Positions 1 to 8,981 of a stretch of DNA of 33,687 bases are shown here, one piece after another. Position 1 is the stretch's first letter, and every line of letters begins with the position of its first letter. Source of the stretch: Gaiellaceae bacterium (GTDB lineage: Bacteria; Actinomycetota; Thermoleophilia; Gaiellales; Gaiellaceae); the NCBI GenBank assembly GCA_035552175.1, contig DASZLW010000098.1, forward strand, positions 1-33,687, given 5' to 3'. The notes below the pieces were generated by a model. That model was not told the DNA's origin. It made no database searches and was given only the letters and a program-made list of their open reading frames with translations. The position numbers and the translations under genes were made by a program.

Positions 1-1626
1 GCGGGGCCGTCGCATGTTCGCCTCGACCGCGTAGCGGAGGCCGTCGTACTGGAGCCACTGCGAAGCGCGCCGCATCGTCTCGAGATCGTCGATCGTCCCA
101 CCGAAGCAGGCCTCGACGAGCGGCGCGTTGTTCCACCAGGCACCAAGATGCTCGTAGACCGGGTTCGAGCGGTCGACCGGCCAGCGGTGCTCCGCGCCGA
201 TGAGCTCTTCGTGGGTGCTGCGGTTGGCCATCCCCTCGACACCGAACTCGCTGTGCAGGATCGCGGTTCCGGCGTCGTAGAGCGCATAGTGCGCCCGCAG
301 CCCCTGGTGCTCCCAGGGACCGTGGACGTCGTGCTGGCCCTGCGGATCGTCCTCGATCAGGTCGAGCCGGTTGAGGAAGCGCGGCCCCGAGGGCGAGGTC
401 GGCAGCCAACCGCGGCCGGGATCGAGGCTGCGCACGACGTCGTGCACGGCGGCGAGCACCGGATGGGCGTCGTCGAGCGGGACGTCGTCTCGTCCCTCGG
501 CCCGCTCGGCCAGCTCGTTGCCTCCGCACCAGAGCGCGAGCGACGGGTGACGGCGGCGGCGCAGCACGACCGCCCGCGCCTCGTCGCGCATGAGACCGAC
601 GAATCCCGGGTCTGCCGCCGGAACGCTGTCGATGCCCGAACTCGAGAGCGCGAGCTCCTGCCAGAGAAGCAGCCCGAGCCGGTCGCAGGCCTCGTAGAGC
701 TCGGTCGTCTCGACGAGGCCGCCGCCCCAGACCCGGAGCAGGTTCACGTGGGCGCGCACGGCGAGACCGAGCAGCCGCTCGAGCTTCGCGGCGCGCGGGA
801 CGCCGTAGAGCGGATCGAGCGGGCACCAGTTCCATCCCTTCAGGTATGTCGGCTGCCCGTTGACGACGAGCCGGTAGGGCAGCACGCCGGGCTCGGGCGG
901 CTCGAACCGGACCGTGCGGAATCCTGCGTACAGCACCTTGCCGCCGAGCTCGTAGGGGTAGAGGTGCTGCCCGCCGAGGCCGTTCGGCCACCAGAGGCGG
1001 GGCTCCTCGACGCGCAGGATCACCTCTCCGTCCGCCTCGACCGTCCCGATCCCGTCCTCGTAGCGGACCTCCGGGAAGAGCTCGGGACCGTCCGCGAGCT
1101 CGACCGGACGCCAGATTCCCTGGTGCACGAGGCGCGGGCAGAAGTCCCAGCCGTAGTTCATCCGCGGCTTGTGGACGCGCACCCGGCTCGTCCGCCCGAC
1201 CTGGGGCTCGCTCGGCGGCGCCGGGTGGACGACGACGGCGAGCAGGTGCTCGCGGCCGTCGTCGAAGGCGGACACGTCCACGTCGAAGGGGCGGAACATC
1301 CCCTCGTTCCGCGCGAGCTCGATCCCGTCGAGGAGCACCGTGCAGGAGTGGTCCACCCCGCCGAACCGAAGCGCCGTGCGCCCGCCGGTCGAGAGACGCC
1401 GGCGGTACACCCAGGCGCGCTCGGGCACCCATTCGAGCAGGAGGCTGTTGCGCTCCCGGTAAGGGGTCGGCACCTCGCCGGCGCGGACGAGATCGTCGAG
1501 GACGCTTCCCGGAACGCGCGCCGGGAGCCACCCCGGAGCGTTCCAGGCCCGGTCGGGCCCGACGTGCCAGCGCCACTCCTCGCCGAGGCAGCCGCGAAGC
1601 TGCCAGCCCTCACCGAGCTCGGTCAC
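1..1626 (-). CDS. GH2 beta-mannosidase-like glycoside hydrolase (N-terminal ~542 codons; C-terminus runs off the left edge)
   Basis: Absent from the ORF track because no stop lies inside the window. Hand translation of the minus strand from GTG at 1626 is open to base 1: VTELGEGWQLRG...RLWWPNGLGGQHLY...NLLRVWGGG...LALWCGGNELAE...ILHSEFGVEG...VEANMRRPR. This gives a sugar-binding N-domain, then a TIM barrel with GH2-type acid/base (GGNE) and nucleophile (SEFG) contexts. The GTG overlaps the TGA of the upstream GH38 gene (GTGA at 1623-1626). Confidence 0.8.
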   Translation of the reverse strand, partial: MTELGEGWQLRGCLGEEWRWHVGPDRAWNAPGWLPARVPGSVLDDLVRAGEVPTPYRERNSLLLEWVPERAWVYRRRLSTGGRTALRFGGVDHSCTVLLDGIELARNEGMFRPFDVDVSAFDDGREHLLAVVVHPAPPSEPQVGRTSRVRVHKPRMNYGWDFCPRLVHQGIWRPVELADGPELFPEVRYEDGIGTVEADGEVILRVEEPRLWWPNGLGGQHLYPYELGGKVLYAGFRTVRFEPPEPGVLPYRLVVNGQPTYLKGWNWCPLDPLYGVPRAAKLERLLGLAVRAHVNLLRVWGGGLVETTELYEACDRLGLLLWQELALSSSGIDSVPAADPGFVGLMRDEARAVVLRRRRHPSLALWCGGNELAERAEGRDDVPLDDAHPVLAAVHDVVRSLDPGRGWLPTSPSGPRFLNRLDLIEDDPQGQHDVHGPWEHQGLRAHYALYDAGTAILHSEFGVEGMANRSTHEELIGAEHRWPVDRSNPVYEHLGAWWNNAPLVEACFGGTIDDLETMRRASQWLQYDGLRYAVEANMRRPR

Positions 1627-4028
1627 GACTCGAGGAGGTCGGTCTCGACCGCGGGGCCCTCGCCCGGCGGGAGCCGGAAGGTCTTGACCTCGCTCGGCCG
1701 GAAGTCCGCCGACCACGTCCGGCCGAAGATCTCGAACGTCGCGCCTCCCTCCCGTCCCTTGCTCTCGTAGGCGCGGAGGACGAGCGAGCCGTCGTCGTCC
1801 TCGGCGCGCTTCACGACCGCCAGCAGCGCCCCCTCGCCCCGGCCGTACGACGAGCGGGCGGGCAGCGGGCCGGCGTGGGAGCTCTCGAGCAGCGGGTACA
1901 CCGGCTGGTTCAGCTCGGCGGCGAGCTCCACGACGCGCGCTTCGCGCCAGTCGCCGGCGTGGGGCACGAGCCGCACGCCGAAGGACTGCCGGCCCTGGTC
2001 CATGTAGTCGTACGTCCCGTCCGGGTCGAGAGTGCGCGGCTCGTGCCACGCCCATACCGGGCTGCGAACGGCCGAGATGCCGATGTCGCCGCCGCGGACG
2101 TCGAACCCGTGCTTCGCGTCGTTGAGGACGGCGAGCCCGGCGCCGCGGCCGGACACGTCGACCCACGCCTGCCCCGGCTGCTCGTCTCCATCCGCCGGCC
2201 GCTGCAGGTGGCCGTACGGGATCTCGTACGTCGCGACCTCGGTCTCGACGCTCGTCGGGTAGCGCAGCTTCAGCAACTTCAGCTGCTCGTGCCAGTCGAG
2301 CTCGACCCGCACGTCGACATGGCGCGCGTCGCTTCCGAGGAGGTAGTCCTCCACGAGCCTCGAGCGGCCGTAGCGGCTCTCGACCCGCAGCCGGCTCCGC
2401 ACCGGGCCGTGCTCGACGACGCTCGCGGAGACCGGCTCGAACTCACCGATCTCGTCGGAGTAGGCGCGGATGCGGTGCCCCCACGTGTCGGACGGGTCGT
2501 CGACGACGACCGCGTGCCGAGCGCCCGGTGCGGCGAGGTCGGCGCCGGTCGCCTTCAGCACGAACCGCGCGAGCCGACCGGTTGCGGGATCGACCTCGAG
2601 GAGCAGATGCTCGTTCTCGAGGGTCGTCCCTTCCGGCAGCGGCGCGGCCGGCTCGCCGGCGGGAGCGAGCCGGTAGGTGGCCCACCCGAGCGACGGCAGC
2701 TCGACCGGGAAGGCCAGACGGCCGCGGGAGCCGCCGAGGGTCGTGTAGCCGAGCGTCGCCTGGACGGGCACCTCGGTCCCGCGCTCGTCGAGGAGGCGCG
2801 CCATCTCGCCCGCAAAGCCCGCGAACTCGAGCTCGACATCCGCCCGCACGGGCCAGGCGTGCGGATTGAAGACCACGACGGGCGTCGTCCCCGGCTCGGC
2901 CGACGTCTCGACCTGACGGGCGATCGCCTGCACCGCGCGGTTGAAGGCGAGCGAAGCGAGCGAGGAGGCGTGCCCGAGCTGGTCTCGTGCATCCTCGTAG
3001 GCCGGCGCGATCGAGGTTCCGGCGATCGTGTCGTGGAACTGGTTGAGCAGCAGCAGCTTCCACCCCTCGGTCAGCTCGGCCAGAGGGTAGGGCTGCCCGG
3101 CGATCGCCTCGGCGAGAACCGAGAGCTTCTCCGCACGCTGCAGCAGGTTCTCCGCGCGACGGTTCCAGCGCTTGATCCCGGAGTGCGACGTGTAGCAGCC
3201 GACACCGTGGTGCTGCAGCTCGCCGCGGTGAGCCGGGACGTCCCCGGGCCTCGAGACGGCGTCGAAGTACGCGCGCACCGAGCTCGGCCGGAGCTCGGGC
3301 AGGCCGTCGGTCGCGTTCAGCCGGGCGATCGAGTCGAGGTTGGCCCTCGTGGGGCCGCCGCCGTGGTTGCCGACGCCGTAGAAGACCATCAGCTCGGCGG
3401 CACCGGCGGGGAGCTGGGCGAGAGCCTTGTCGACGTGGTGCCCGAGGTCCTCGCCGGGGGCGCAGTACTCGTGGGGGATCCTGTAGGCGAGCACGCTCGA
3501 GCCGTCCGGCGACTCCCAGCGGAAGAGCGGTCCCGGCAGCGCGAGCTCGTGCGGGCCGGGTCGCAGGAAGACATAGGAGTCCATCCCTGCGGCACGGAGG
3601 AGCTTCGGGATCGAGGCGTTGTGGCCGAAGGAGTCGAGGTTCGCGCCGGTCGTCGCCGAGATGCCGAACCGCTCCCGCAGGTACCGCTGGCCGTAGAGAG
3701 CATGGCGGGCATACGACTCGCCGGCCGGGATGTTGCAATCCGGCTCGAGCCACCAGCCGCCGATCACCTCCCACCGTCCCTCGGCGATCCGCTCGCGGAT
3801 CCGGTCGAAGAGGTCGGGATCCGTCTCCTCGATCCAGGAGAAGAAGACGACCGAGTCGGACGTGAAGACGAAGTCGGGATACTCCTCCATCCGCTCGAGG
3901 GCCGAGACGAACGTCGCCCGTACCTCCTGGTAGCCCTCCGGCCACTGCCAGAGCCAGACCGGGTCGATGTGCGCGTTCCCGATCATGTGGACGAGTCGCC
4001 GCACCCGGCTCACCGCCCGTCTGCCCAT
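1623..4028 (-). CDS. GH38 alpha-mannosidase
   Basis: 801-aa ORF with the GH38 N-terminal signature HMIGNAHIDPVWLWQWPEGYQE, then FTSDSVVFFSWIEE and GGWWLEPDCNIPAGES. The start is uncertain. Candidates are ATG 4028, ATG 3986, or (my preference) GTG 4013, which forms a GTGA overlap with the SIS gene stop (4010-4012) like the other junctions in this operon. Confidence 0.9.
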   Translation of the reverse strand: MGRRAVSRVRRLVHMIGNAHIDPVWLWQWPEGYQEVRATFVSALERMEEYPDFVFTSDSVVFFSWIEETDPDLFDRIRERIAEGRWEVIGGWWLEPDCNIPAGESYARHALYGQRYLRERFGISATTGANLDSFGHNASIPKLLRAAGMDSYVFLRPGPHELALPGPLFRWESPDGSSVLAYRIPHEYCAPGEDLGHHVDKALAQLPAGAAELMVFYGVGNHGGGPTRANLDSIARLNATDGLPELRPSSVRAYFDAVSRPGDVPAHRGELQHHGVGCYTSHSGIKRWNRRAENLLQRAEKLSVLAEAIAGQPYPLAELTEGWKLLLLNQFHDTIAGTSIAPAYEDARDQLGHASSLASLAFNRAVQAIARQVETSAEPGTTPVVVFNPHAWPVRADVELEFAGFAGEMARLLDERGTEVPVQATLGYTTLGGSRGRLAFPVELPSLGWATYRLAPAGEPAAPLPEGTTLENEHLLLEVDPATGRLARFVLKATGADLAAPGARHAVVVDDPSDTWGHRIRAYSDEIGEFEPVSASVVEHGPVRSRLRVESRYGRSRLVEDYLLGSDARHVDVRVELDWHEQLKLLKLRYPTSVETEVATYEIPYGHLQRPADGDEQPGQAWVDVSGRGAGLAVLNDAKHGFDVRGGDIGISAVRSPVWAWHEPRTLDPDGTYDYMDQGRQSFGVRLVPHAGDWREARVVELAAELNQPVYPLLESSHAGPLPARSSYGRGEGALLAVVKRAEDDDGSLVLRAYESKGREGGATFEIFGRTWSADFRPSEVKTFRLPPGEGPAVETDLLES

Positions 4029-4576
4029 TCGTCGACCGACTCGAGGAGCAGGTGCAGCAGGAGCACGTGCATCTCCTGGACGCGCGCCGTCACGGTCGAC
4101 GGCACGACGAGCGCGTGGTCTGCCTGCTCCGCAGCCGGCATGCCGTCCCCGCCCGTGAAGAGCACCGTCGCCGCCCCTCTTTCACGAGCCGCGGCGAGCC
4201 CCCGGACGACGTTGGCCGAGCGGCCGCTCGTCGTGAACCCGGCGACGACGTCCCCGGGACGTGCGAACGCCCTGACCTGCCGCGCGAAGACCTCGTCGAA
4301 CTCCCAGTCGTTGGCGATGCACGTGAGCACGGTCGGGTCGGCGGCGAGGGACTGCGCCGGCAGCGGGCTGCGGTCGCGTTCGAACCGCGCGACGAGCTCT
4401 TCCGCGAGGTGCAGCGAATCGGCCGCGCTGCCGCCGTTCCCGAACGTGTAGAGACGGCCGCCGCCCTCGAAGCAGGCGATGAGGAGTGCCGTCACCCGCC
4501 CGAGCGCCGGCAGGAGCTCCGCCACCCGCCCCGCAAGCTCCACGTGCTCGATGAGCGACTGCTGGGCGTCAGCCAC
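4010..4576 (-). CDS. SIS-domain phosphosugar isomerase, GmhA/DiaA-like
   Basis: 188-aa ORF starting at GTG. It has the GmhA-type motif FGNGGSAADSLHLAEEL and TTSGRSANV. It overlaps the ROK stop by 8 nt. Confidence 0.85.
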   Translation of the reverse strand: MADAQQSLIEHVELAGRVAELLPALGRVTALLIACFEGGGRLYTFGNGGSAADSLHLAEELVARFERDRSPLPAQSLAADPTVLTCIANDWEFDEVFARQVRAFARPGDVVAGFTTSGRSANVVRGLAAARERGAATVLFTGGDGMPAAEQADHALVVPSTVTARVQEMHVLLLHLLLESVDEWADGR

Positions 4577-5540
4577 GCTCGTCGCCGCCGGCCGGCGTCG
4601 CCTCGTACACGATCGCGGCCGCTCCGGCCACGCCGACTCGCTCGCCGAGGGCGGCGGGCACGATGCGCGCCTCGCCGGCCGGGCTCATCGCCCCGTCACG
4701 CACCGCGGCGCGGAGAGGGCCGAAAAGCCGCTCGCCCGACCGGCTCACCCCGCCCCCGATCACGACGAGCTCCGGCTCGAAGAGGTTCACGATCGACGTG
4801 ACACCGCAGGCGAGCGCCTCGATCGTCTCGTCCCACACCCTGGCCGCGCCCGGATCGCCGTCGCGCGCCGCCGCAGCGACCTCCTCTGCCGTGTCGTAGC
4901 GGAGACCCGCCTCGCGCGCCCGTTCCACGATCGAGGTCCCAGAGACGTAGGCCTCGAGACAACCGGCACGGCCGCAGCTACGGCAGGGGCGGCCGTGCCA
5001 GTCGACCGTGACATGGCCGAGCTCGCCGCCGTTTCCGCCTGCTCCCCGGTAGAGCCGGCCGTCGATGACCGCGCCACCGCCGACCCCGGTCGAGACCGTG
5101 AGGTAGACCATGTTGAGGGTCCCCCGTCCCGCCCCCCAGCGGTGCTCGCCCGCGGCTGCGGCGGTCGCGTCGTTCTCGAGCGTCGCGGTCCGCCCGTAGG
5201 CCCGTTCGGCAAGCTCGGAGACGTGGACGTCCCGCCACCCGCGCAGGTGCGGCGGTGCGATCAGCACGCCCCGCTCGGCGTCGAGCGGCCCCCCGCATCC
5301 GATCCCGACGTCGGAGATCTCGTCCCACGCGACCCCCGACGCGGCGACGGCATCGCGCCCGAGCGTGAAGAGCCGCTCGAGCGTCGGCTCTGCGCCCTCC
5401 TCGGAGTTGCTCGGTGCGACGAGGAAGGAGCGGACGGCTCCATCCGGGCCGACGACCCCTGCGGCCAGCTTCGTCCCACCGATGTCGAGCGCCAGCACCG
5501 GCCGCCGCGCGCCGCTGCCTGTGCGTACTTCCGCCCGCAT
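4569..5540 (-). CDS. ROK-family sugar kinase
   Basis: This is the real part of track ORF 4569..6299. It starts at ATG 5540 (MRAEVRTG...) in an ATGA overlap with the permease stop. Motifs: ALDIGGTKLAAG (ATP-binding), ROK zinc motif GHVTVDWHGRPCRSCGRAGCLEAY. Confidence 0.85.
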   Translation of the reverse strand: MRAEVRTGSGARRPVLALDIGGTKLAAGVVGPDGAVRSFLVAPSNSEEGAEPTLERLFTLGRDAVAASGVAWDEISDVGIGCGGPLDAERGVLIAPPHLRGWRDVHVSELAERAYGRTATLENDATAAAAGEHRWGAGRGTLNMVYLTVSTGVGGGAVIDGRLYRGAGGNGGELGHVTVDWHGRPCRSCGRAGCLEAYVSGTSIVERAREAGLRYDTAEEVAAAARDGDPGAARVWDETIEALACGVTSIVNLFEPELVVIGGGVSRSGERLFGPLRAAVRDGAMSPAGEARIVPAALGERVGVAGAAAIVYEATPAGGDERG

Positions 5541-6478
5541 CAGCCCTTGCGTCCCTGGAGGCTGATCCCCTCGATGAAGTACCGCTGGGCGAGGAAGAAG
5601 ACGAGGATCAACGGGAGCGTCGCGAGGATCGTCGCCGCCAGGATCAGCTCGTAGTCGCCGTTCCCTCCGGTCTGCGGCGAGAACTGCGACAGCAGGCCGT
5701 AGAGGCCGCGGGGGATCGTGAAGCTGCTGTCGGAGTGCAGGTAGATGAGCGAGTTCTGGAGATCGGTCCAGCTCGCCTGGAACTCGAAGATCCCGGTCAC
5801 GATCAGCGCCGGCTTCGCGAGCGGCACCGCGATCCGCCAGAACATCGTGAAGAAATTGTCTCCGTCCATGCGCGCGGCCTCGAAGAGCTCGCGCGGTATC
5901 CCGAGGAAGAACTGGCGCTGCAGGAAGATGTAGAAGCCGAAGCCGAAGATGTTCGTCACCCAGAGCGGGTACTGGGACTCCGCGAGCCCCACGTGGCGGA
6001 AGATCAGGTACCTCGGGATCATCGTCACGGCCGCGGGAAGCATCATCGTCGAGAGCACGCAGCCGAAGAGGAAGTTCCGGCCCGGGAACCGGAAGTACGC
6101 GAATGCGAACGCGGTCAGCGCACTCGAGAACGTCATCGTCACCGACGCGAGCACGGCGATGTAGAAGCTGTTCCAGAACCAGTGGAGGACCGGCGCCACA
6201 TGCCAGATCTCGACGTAGTTGTAGAAACGCCAGTGGGTGGGGATCAGCTTGTTGTCGAAGACGTAGCCCCGGGGCTTGAGTGAGGCGCTCAGCGCCCACA
6301 GGAACGGGTAGATGAAGAGCACGGTCAGGAAGAGCAGGATCGCGATGAAGACCGCGTTCCTGGCCCAGGCCCAGGTGGGGGTGAAGCGCGGCCGGCGCGG
6401 CCCGTGCTCGGCGCCCGCTGCAACCGGGACGAAAGGCGGCGTTGGCGTGTCCGCGAGGCCCGGCGCCTGGCTGCTCAC
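5540..6478 (-). CDS. Carbohydrate ABC transporter permease (MalG/CUT1 type)
   Basis: This is the real part of track ORF 5540..7354, starting at GTG 6478 (VSSQAPG...) in a GTGA overlap with the upstream permease stop. It is hydrophobic and carries the EAA loop FEAARMDGDNFFTMFWRIAVPLAKPAL. Confidence 0.85.
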   Translation of the reverse strand: MSSQAPGLADTPTPPFVPVAAGAEHGPRRPRFTPTWAWARNAVFIAILLFLTVLFIYPFLWALSASLKPRGYVFDNKLIPTHWRFYNYVEIWHVAPVLHWFWNSFYIAVLASVTMTFSSALTAFAFAYFRFPGRNFLFGCVLSTMMLPAAVTMIPRYLIFRHVGLAESQYPLWVTNIFGFGFYIFLQRQFFLGIPRELFEAARMDGDNFFTMFWRIAVPLAKPALIVTGIFEFQASWTDLQNSLIYLHSDSSFTIPRGLYGLLSQFSPQTGGNGDYELILAATILATLPLILVFFLAQRYFIEGISLQGRKG

Positions 6479-7443
6479 TTCGGCTGCCCTCCCGGGTAGT
6501 AGACGAAGCGGCGGCTGCCGATGAACTGCACGGTGGTGATCACCGCGATCACGAGGAAGAGGAGCCAGGCCATCGCCGAGGCGTAACCGATGTGGAAGTC
6601 GACGAACGCCTGCTGGAAGAGGTAGATCACGTAGGTGAGCGACGCGTCGCCGCCGCTCGAGGTGCCGTTCGGGTTGAAGTAGTAGGCGGTGTAGATCTGC
6701 GCGAAGATCTGGATTCCGTTGATCGTGAGGATGATGAAGGTGAAGAAGAGGGCGGGGCTGATCATCGGCAGCGTTACGTCCTTGAATCGACGCCACGCCG
6801 GTGCACCGTCCATCTCGGCGGCCTCGTAGAGCTGGCGCGGGACGCCCTTGATCGCCGCCAGGTAGATGACGACGTTCGCGCCGACCTGCCACAGCATCAT
6901 GAAGACGAGGCCCGGCTTGACCCAGTTCGGGTCGGTCTCCCAGAAGGGCTGCGGGATGTGCACGATCGCGAGCGCCCGGTCGACGAGCCCGTAGGTGCCG
7001 TTGAAGAGCAGGAGGTAGAGGATCCCCTGCGCGACCGGCGGCGTCAGCACGGGCAGGTAGAACGCCGTGCGGAAGAACCCGGCCGCCTGCCCGATCCGCG
7101 AGAGCATCATCGCAAGGCAGAGGGCGAAGACCATCGTGCCGACCACGTAGAGCGGCGTGAAGATCGCCGTGTTCTCGAGCGAGGTCTTGATATAGGGGTC
7201 GTGGACGATCTGGTGGTAGTTGCTCCACCCGACGCCGTGGGTCGTCCCGATCACGCTGTAGTCCGTGAACGAGAGCACGAGGCTCGCGATCATCGGGCCG
7301 AACGAGAAGACGAGGAACCCCACCAGCCACAGCGAGATGAACCCGTAGGCCCACCAGGTCTCGCGCTCCTTGAAACCCGAGGCCCAGCGCCGGACCCTCG
7401 TTCGAGGGCCCGGCGCCCGGATCGTCGTCGTGCCTACCGCCAC
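6475..7443 (-). CDS. Carbohydrate ABC transporter permease (MalF/CUT1 type)
   Basis: 322-aa ORF starting at GTG. It has multiple TM segments and the EAA loop YEAAEMDGAPAWRRFKDVTLPMISPAL. Confidence 0.85.
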   Translation of the reverse strand: MAVGTTTIRAPGPRTRVRRWASGFKERETWWAYGFISLWLVGFLVFSFGPMIASLVLSFTDYSVIGTTHGVGWSNYHQIVHDPYIKTSLENTAIFTPLYVVGTMVFALCLAMMLSRIGQAAGFFRTAFYLPVLTPPVAQGILYLLLFNGTYGLVDRALAIVHIPQPFWETDPNWVKPGLVFMMLWQVGANVVIYLAAIKGVPRQLYEAAEMDGAPAWRRFKDVTLPMISPALFFTFIILTINGIQIFAQIYTAYYFNPNGTSSGGDASLTYVIYLFQQAFVDFHIGYASAMAWLLFLVIAVITTVQFIGSRRFVYYPGGQPK

Positions 7444-7462
7444 GCGCCGGCTCCCGTTCCGC

Positions 7463-8806
7463 CTACTTGGCGGACGAGATCGCGGAGACCGCCTCCTGCT
7501 GGGCCTGATCCAGTGCCTGCTTCGGCGACTGCTGGCCCTGGAGGACGCGGTTGACGGCGTTCGTCCAGTCGGTCTTGATCTCCTCGCCGGCCGGCGAGAC
7601 GGAAATGCCGAACGAGTTGGCCATCACGCGCAGGAGCGTCTTGTACGCAGTGTTCCACTGCGCGTACTTCGGCGACGCCTTGAACACGTGCTTGTAGATG
7701 TCGTTGTCGGCGGTGGTGTTCGCGGTGAAGAGACCGGTGAAGGGCTGTCCCGCTTTGGCAACCTTCGCGGCGCGCTCCTTGGCCGCGGCCATCCACGTGC
7801 TGACCGAGGTCATCGTCTTTGCCCAGGTGCAGGCCGCATCCGGATTCTTCGCGGCCTTGGGGATCACCCACACCGATCCGCCCTCGTAGTTGATCGGCTG
7901 CCCCTGCCGGTTCGTGAACGGCACCGAGGCGATGCTGATCTGCGGCGAGGTCTGCGCGAGCACGTTGTAGTACCAGTCCTCGATCGGGAAAGCTCCGAGC
8001 TGGTTCTTCGCGTACTCGTTCCCGTTCCCGAAGAAGTCGAACGTGTTGCGGAACGACGAGAAGGCGTTCCAGCCGCCCTGCTCCTTGATCAGGCTGACCG
8101 CGTAGGTCAGGGCGGCAACCGTCTTCGGCGCGTTCAGGTAGGGCGTCATGCCGTTCGACGACAGCAGCGGCTGGCCGTTCGCCATCGCCCAGAGCGGCAG
8201 GAACTCGGGCAGCTTCGGATCGAACCCGATGCGCGTGACCTTGCCGTTCGAGATCTGGACGAGCTTCTTCGCGACCTGCGACAGCTTCGCCCAGTTCGTG
8301 GTCGAGATGTCGGAGACCTTGAGTCCCGCGGAGGCGACGACCTGCTTGTTGACGATCAGCGTCCGTGCGTTCTCGAACTCGGGGATCCCGTAGACCTGGC
8401 CGTCGTACGAGACCTCCTGCACCGCCGCCTTGCGGTACTGCGACATGTCGATCTTCTGGGAGCTGATGCACGAGGTGAGCGGCTGGAGCACACCCTTGGC
8501 GGCATACGTCCCGACATCCTGTCGATCCATGTAGACGAGATCGGGGGCGTTGCCGCCGGCGATCGCGGTGAGGAACTGCTGGTCGTTGAACCCGCCGTCC
8601 GGATTCACGATCTTGGCCGGCGACACGGCCTTGGTCGCGATCGCGGCGCGGGTCTGGGCGACGTCGTCGCCCTTGCCGAAGCCCATGATCGTGAGCGTCC
8701 CGCTGTCGTTGACGACGCTCGGGCGGGCGCTTGCGAAGCTCGCCCCGACCAGAATGCAGAGCGCTCCCACCGAGGCGAGCGCGAGGATCTTGCTGCGACC
8801 CGACAT
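7463..8806 (-). CDS. ABC transporter extracellular sugar-binding protein
   Basis: Track ORF 7463..8902 trimmed to ATG 8806, which is preceded by a strong SD (AGGAGGGGG). The N-terminus MSGRSKILALASVGALCILVGASFASA|RP is a Sec signal with an AxA site. It has no canonical lipobox, because the residue before the only Cys is Leu. Confidence 0.85.
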   Translation of the reverse strand: MSGRSKILALASVGALCILVGASFASARPSVVNDSGTLTIMGFGKGDDVAQTRAAIATKAVSPAKIVNPDGGFNDQQFLTAIAGGNAPDLVYMDRQDVGTYAAKGVLQPLTSCISSQKIDMSQYRKAAVQEVSYDGQVYGIPEFENARTLIVNKQVVASAGLKVSDISTTNWAKLSQVAKKLVQISNGKVTRIGFDPKLPEFLPLWAMANGQPLLSSNGMTPYLNAPKTVAALTYAVSLIKEQGGWNAFSSFRNTFDFFGNGNEYAKNQLGAFPIEDWYYNVLAQTSPQISIASVPFTNRQGQPINYEGGSVWVIPKAAKNPDAACTWAKTMTSVSTWMAAAKERAAKVAKAGQPFTGLFTANTTADNDIYKHVFKASPKYAQWNTAYKTLLRVMANSFGISVSPAGEEIKTDWTNAVNRVLQGQQSPKQALDQAQQEAVSAISSAK

Positions 8807-8856
8807 CCGCTTATTCCCCCTCCTGACTAGTGAATCTGGGCCTGCCCGGACTGATA

Positions 8857-8873
8857 TGGCAACGTAACCACAT
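8857..8873. promoter_or_regulatory. Candidate LacI-family operator (TGGCAACGTAACCACAT) upstream of the transporter/hydrolase operon
   Basis: Lies 51-67 nt upstream of the SBP ATG in the 175-bp gap after lacI. 14 of 17 positions are identical to the site at 13559-13575 (shared TGGCAACGT...CACAT). The CG-centred imperfect palindrome is typical of LacI/GalR operators. Confidence 0.4.
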
Positions 8874-8981
8874 TTCCCACACTCCGTCAACCGTTCCGCC
8901 ACCTGGAAGTCGGAACGCCGCCGGGTTCTTCCACATCTCGCCGGAAGTAGTCCTCGGCCGCCGGGGCGGCGACTCGCGGCC

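Noticed and set aside
148-1770. 540-aa plus-strand ORF covering the left end
   Set aside because: It is antisense to a frame with clear GH2 motifs (WWPNGLG, WCGGNE, SEFG). Its own translation is Arg/Pro/Val-rich with no motif. This is a typical shadow ORF of a high-G+C gene.
1875-4451. 858-aa plus-strand ORF, the longest in the track, plus several 100-500-aa ORFs nested in 1910-3945
   Set aside because: It is antisense to the GH38 and SIS genes, and its low-complexity R/G/P/A-rich translation has no recognisable domain. The same reasoning rejects 7370..8830, 7434..8471, 9090..10058, 10094..11416, 11854..13596, 13469..15187, 15518..16939, 17244..18449, 18626..19783, 20415..21323, 21355..23556, 22695..23948, 24399..25388 and 28483..29214.
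5540-7354. 604-aa ORF suggesting one giant permease, and the 576-aa ORF 4569..6299
   Set aside because: Only the C-terminal 312 and 323 codons respectively look like real proteins. The upstream parts are out-of-frame read-through of the neighbouring gene. Internal GTG/ATG starts make 4-nt overlaps with the upstream stops.
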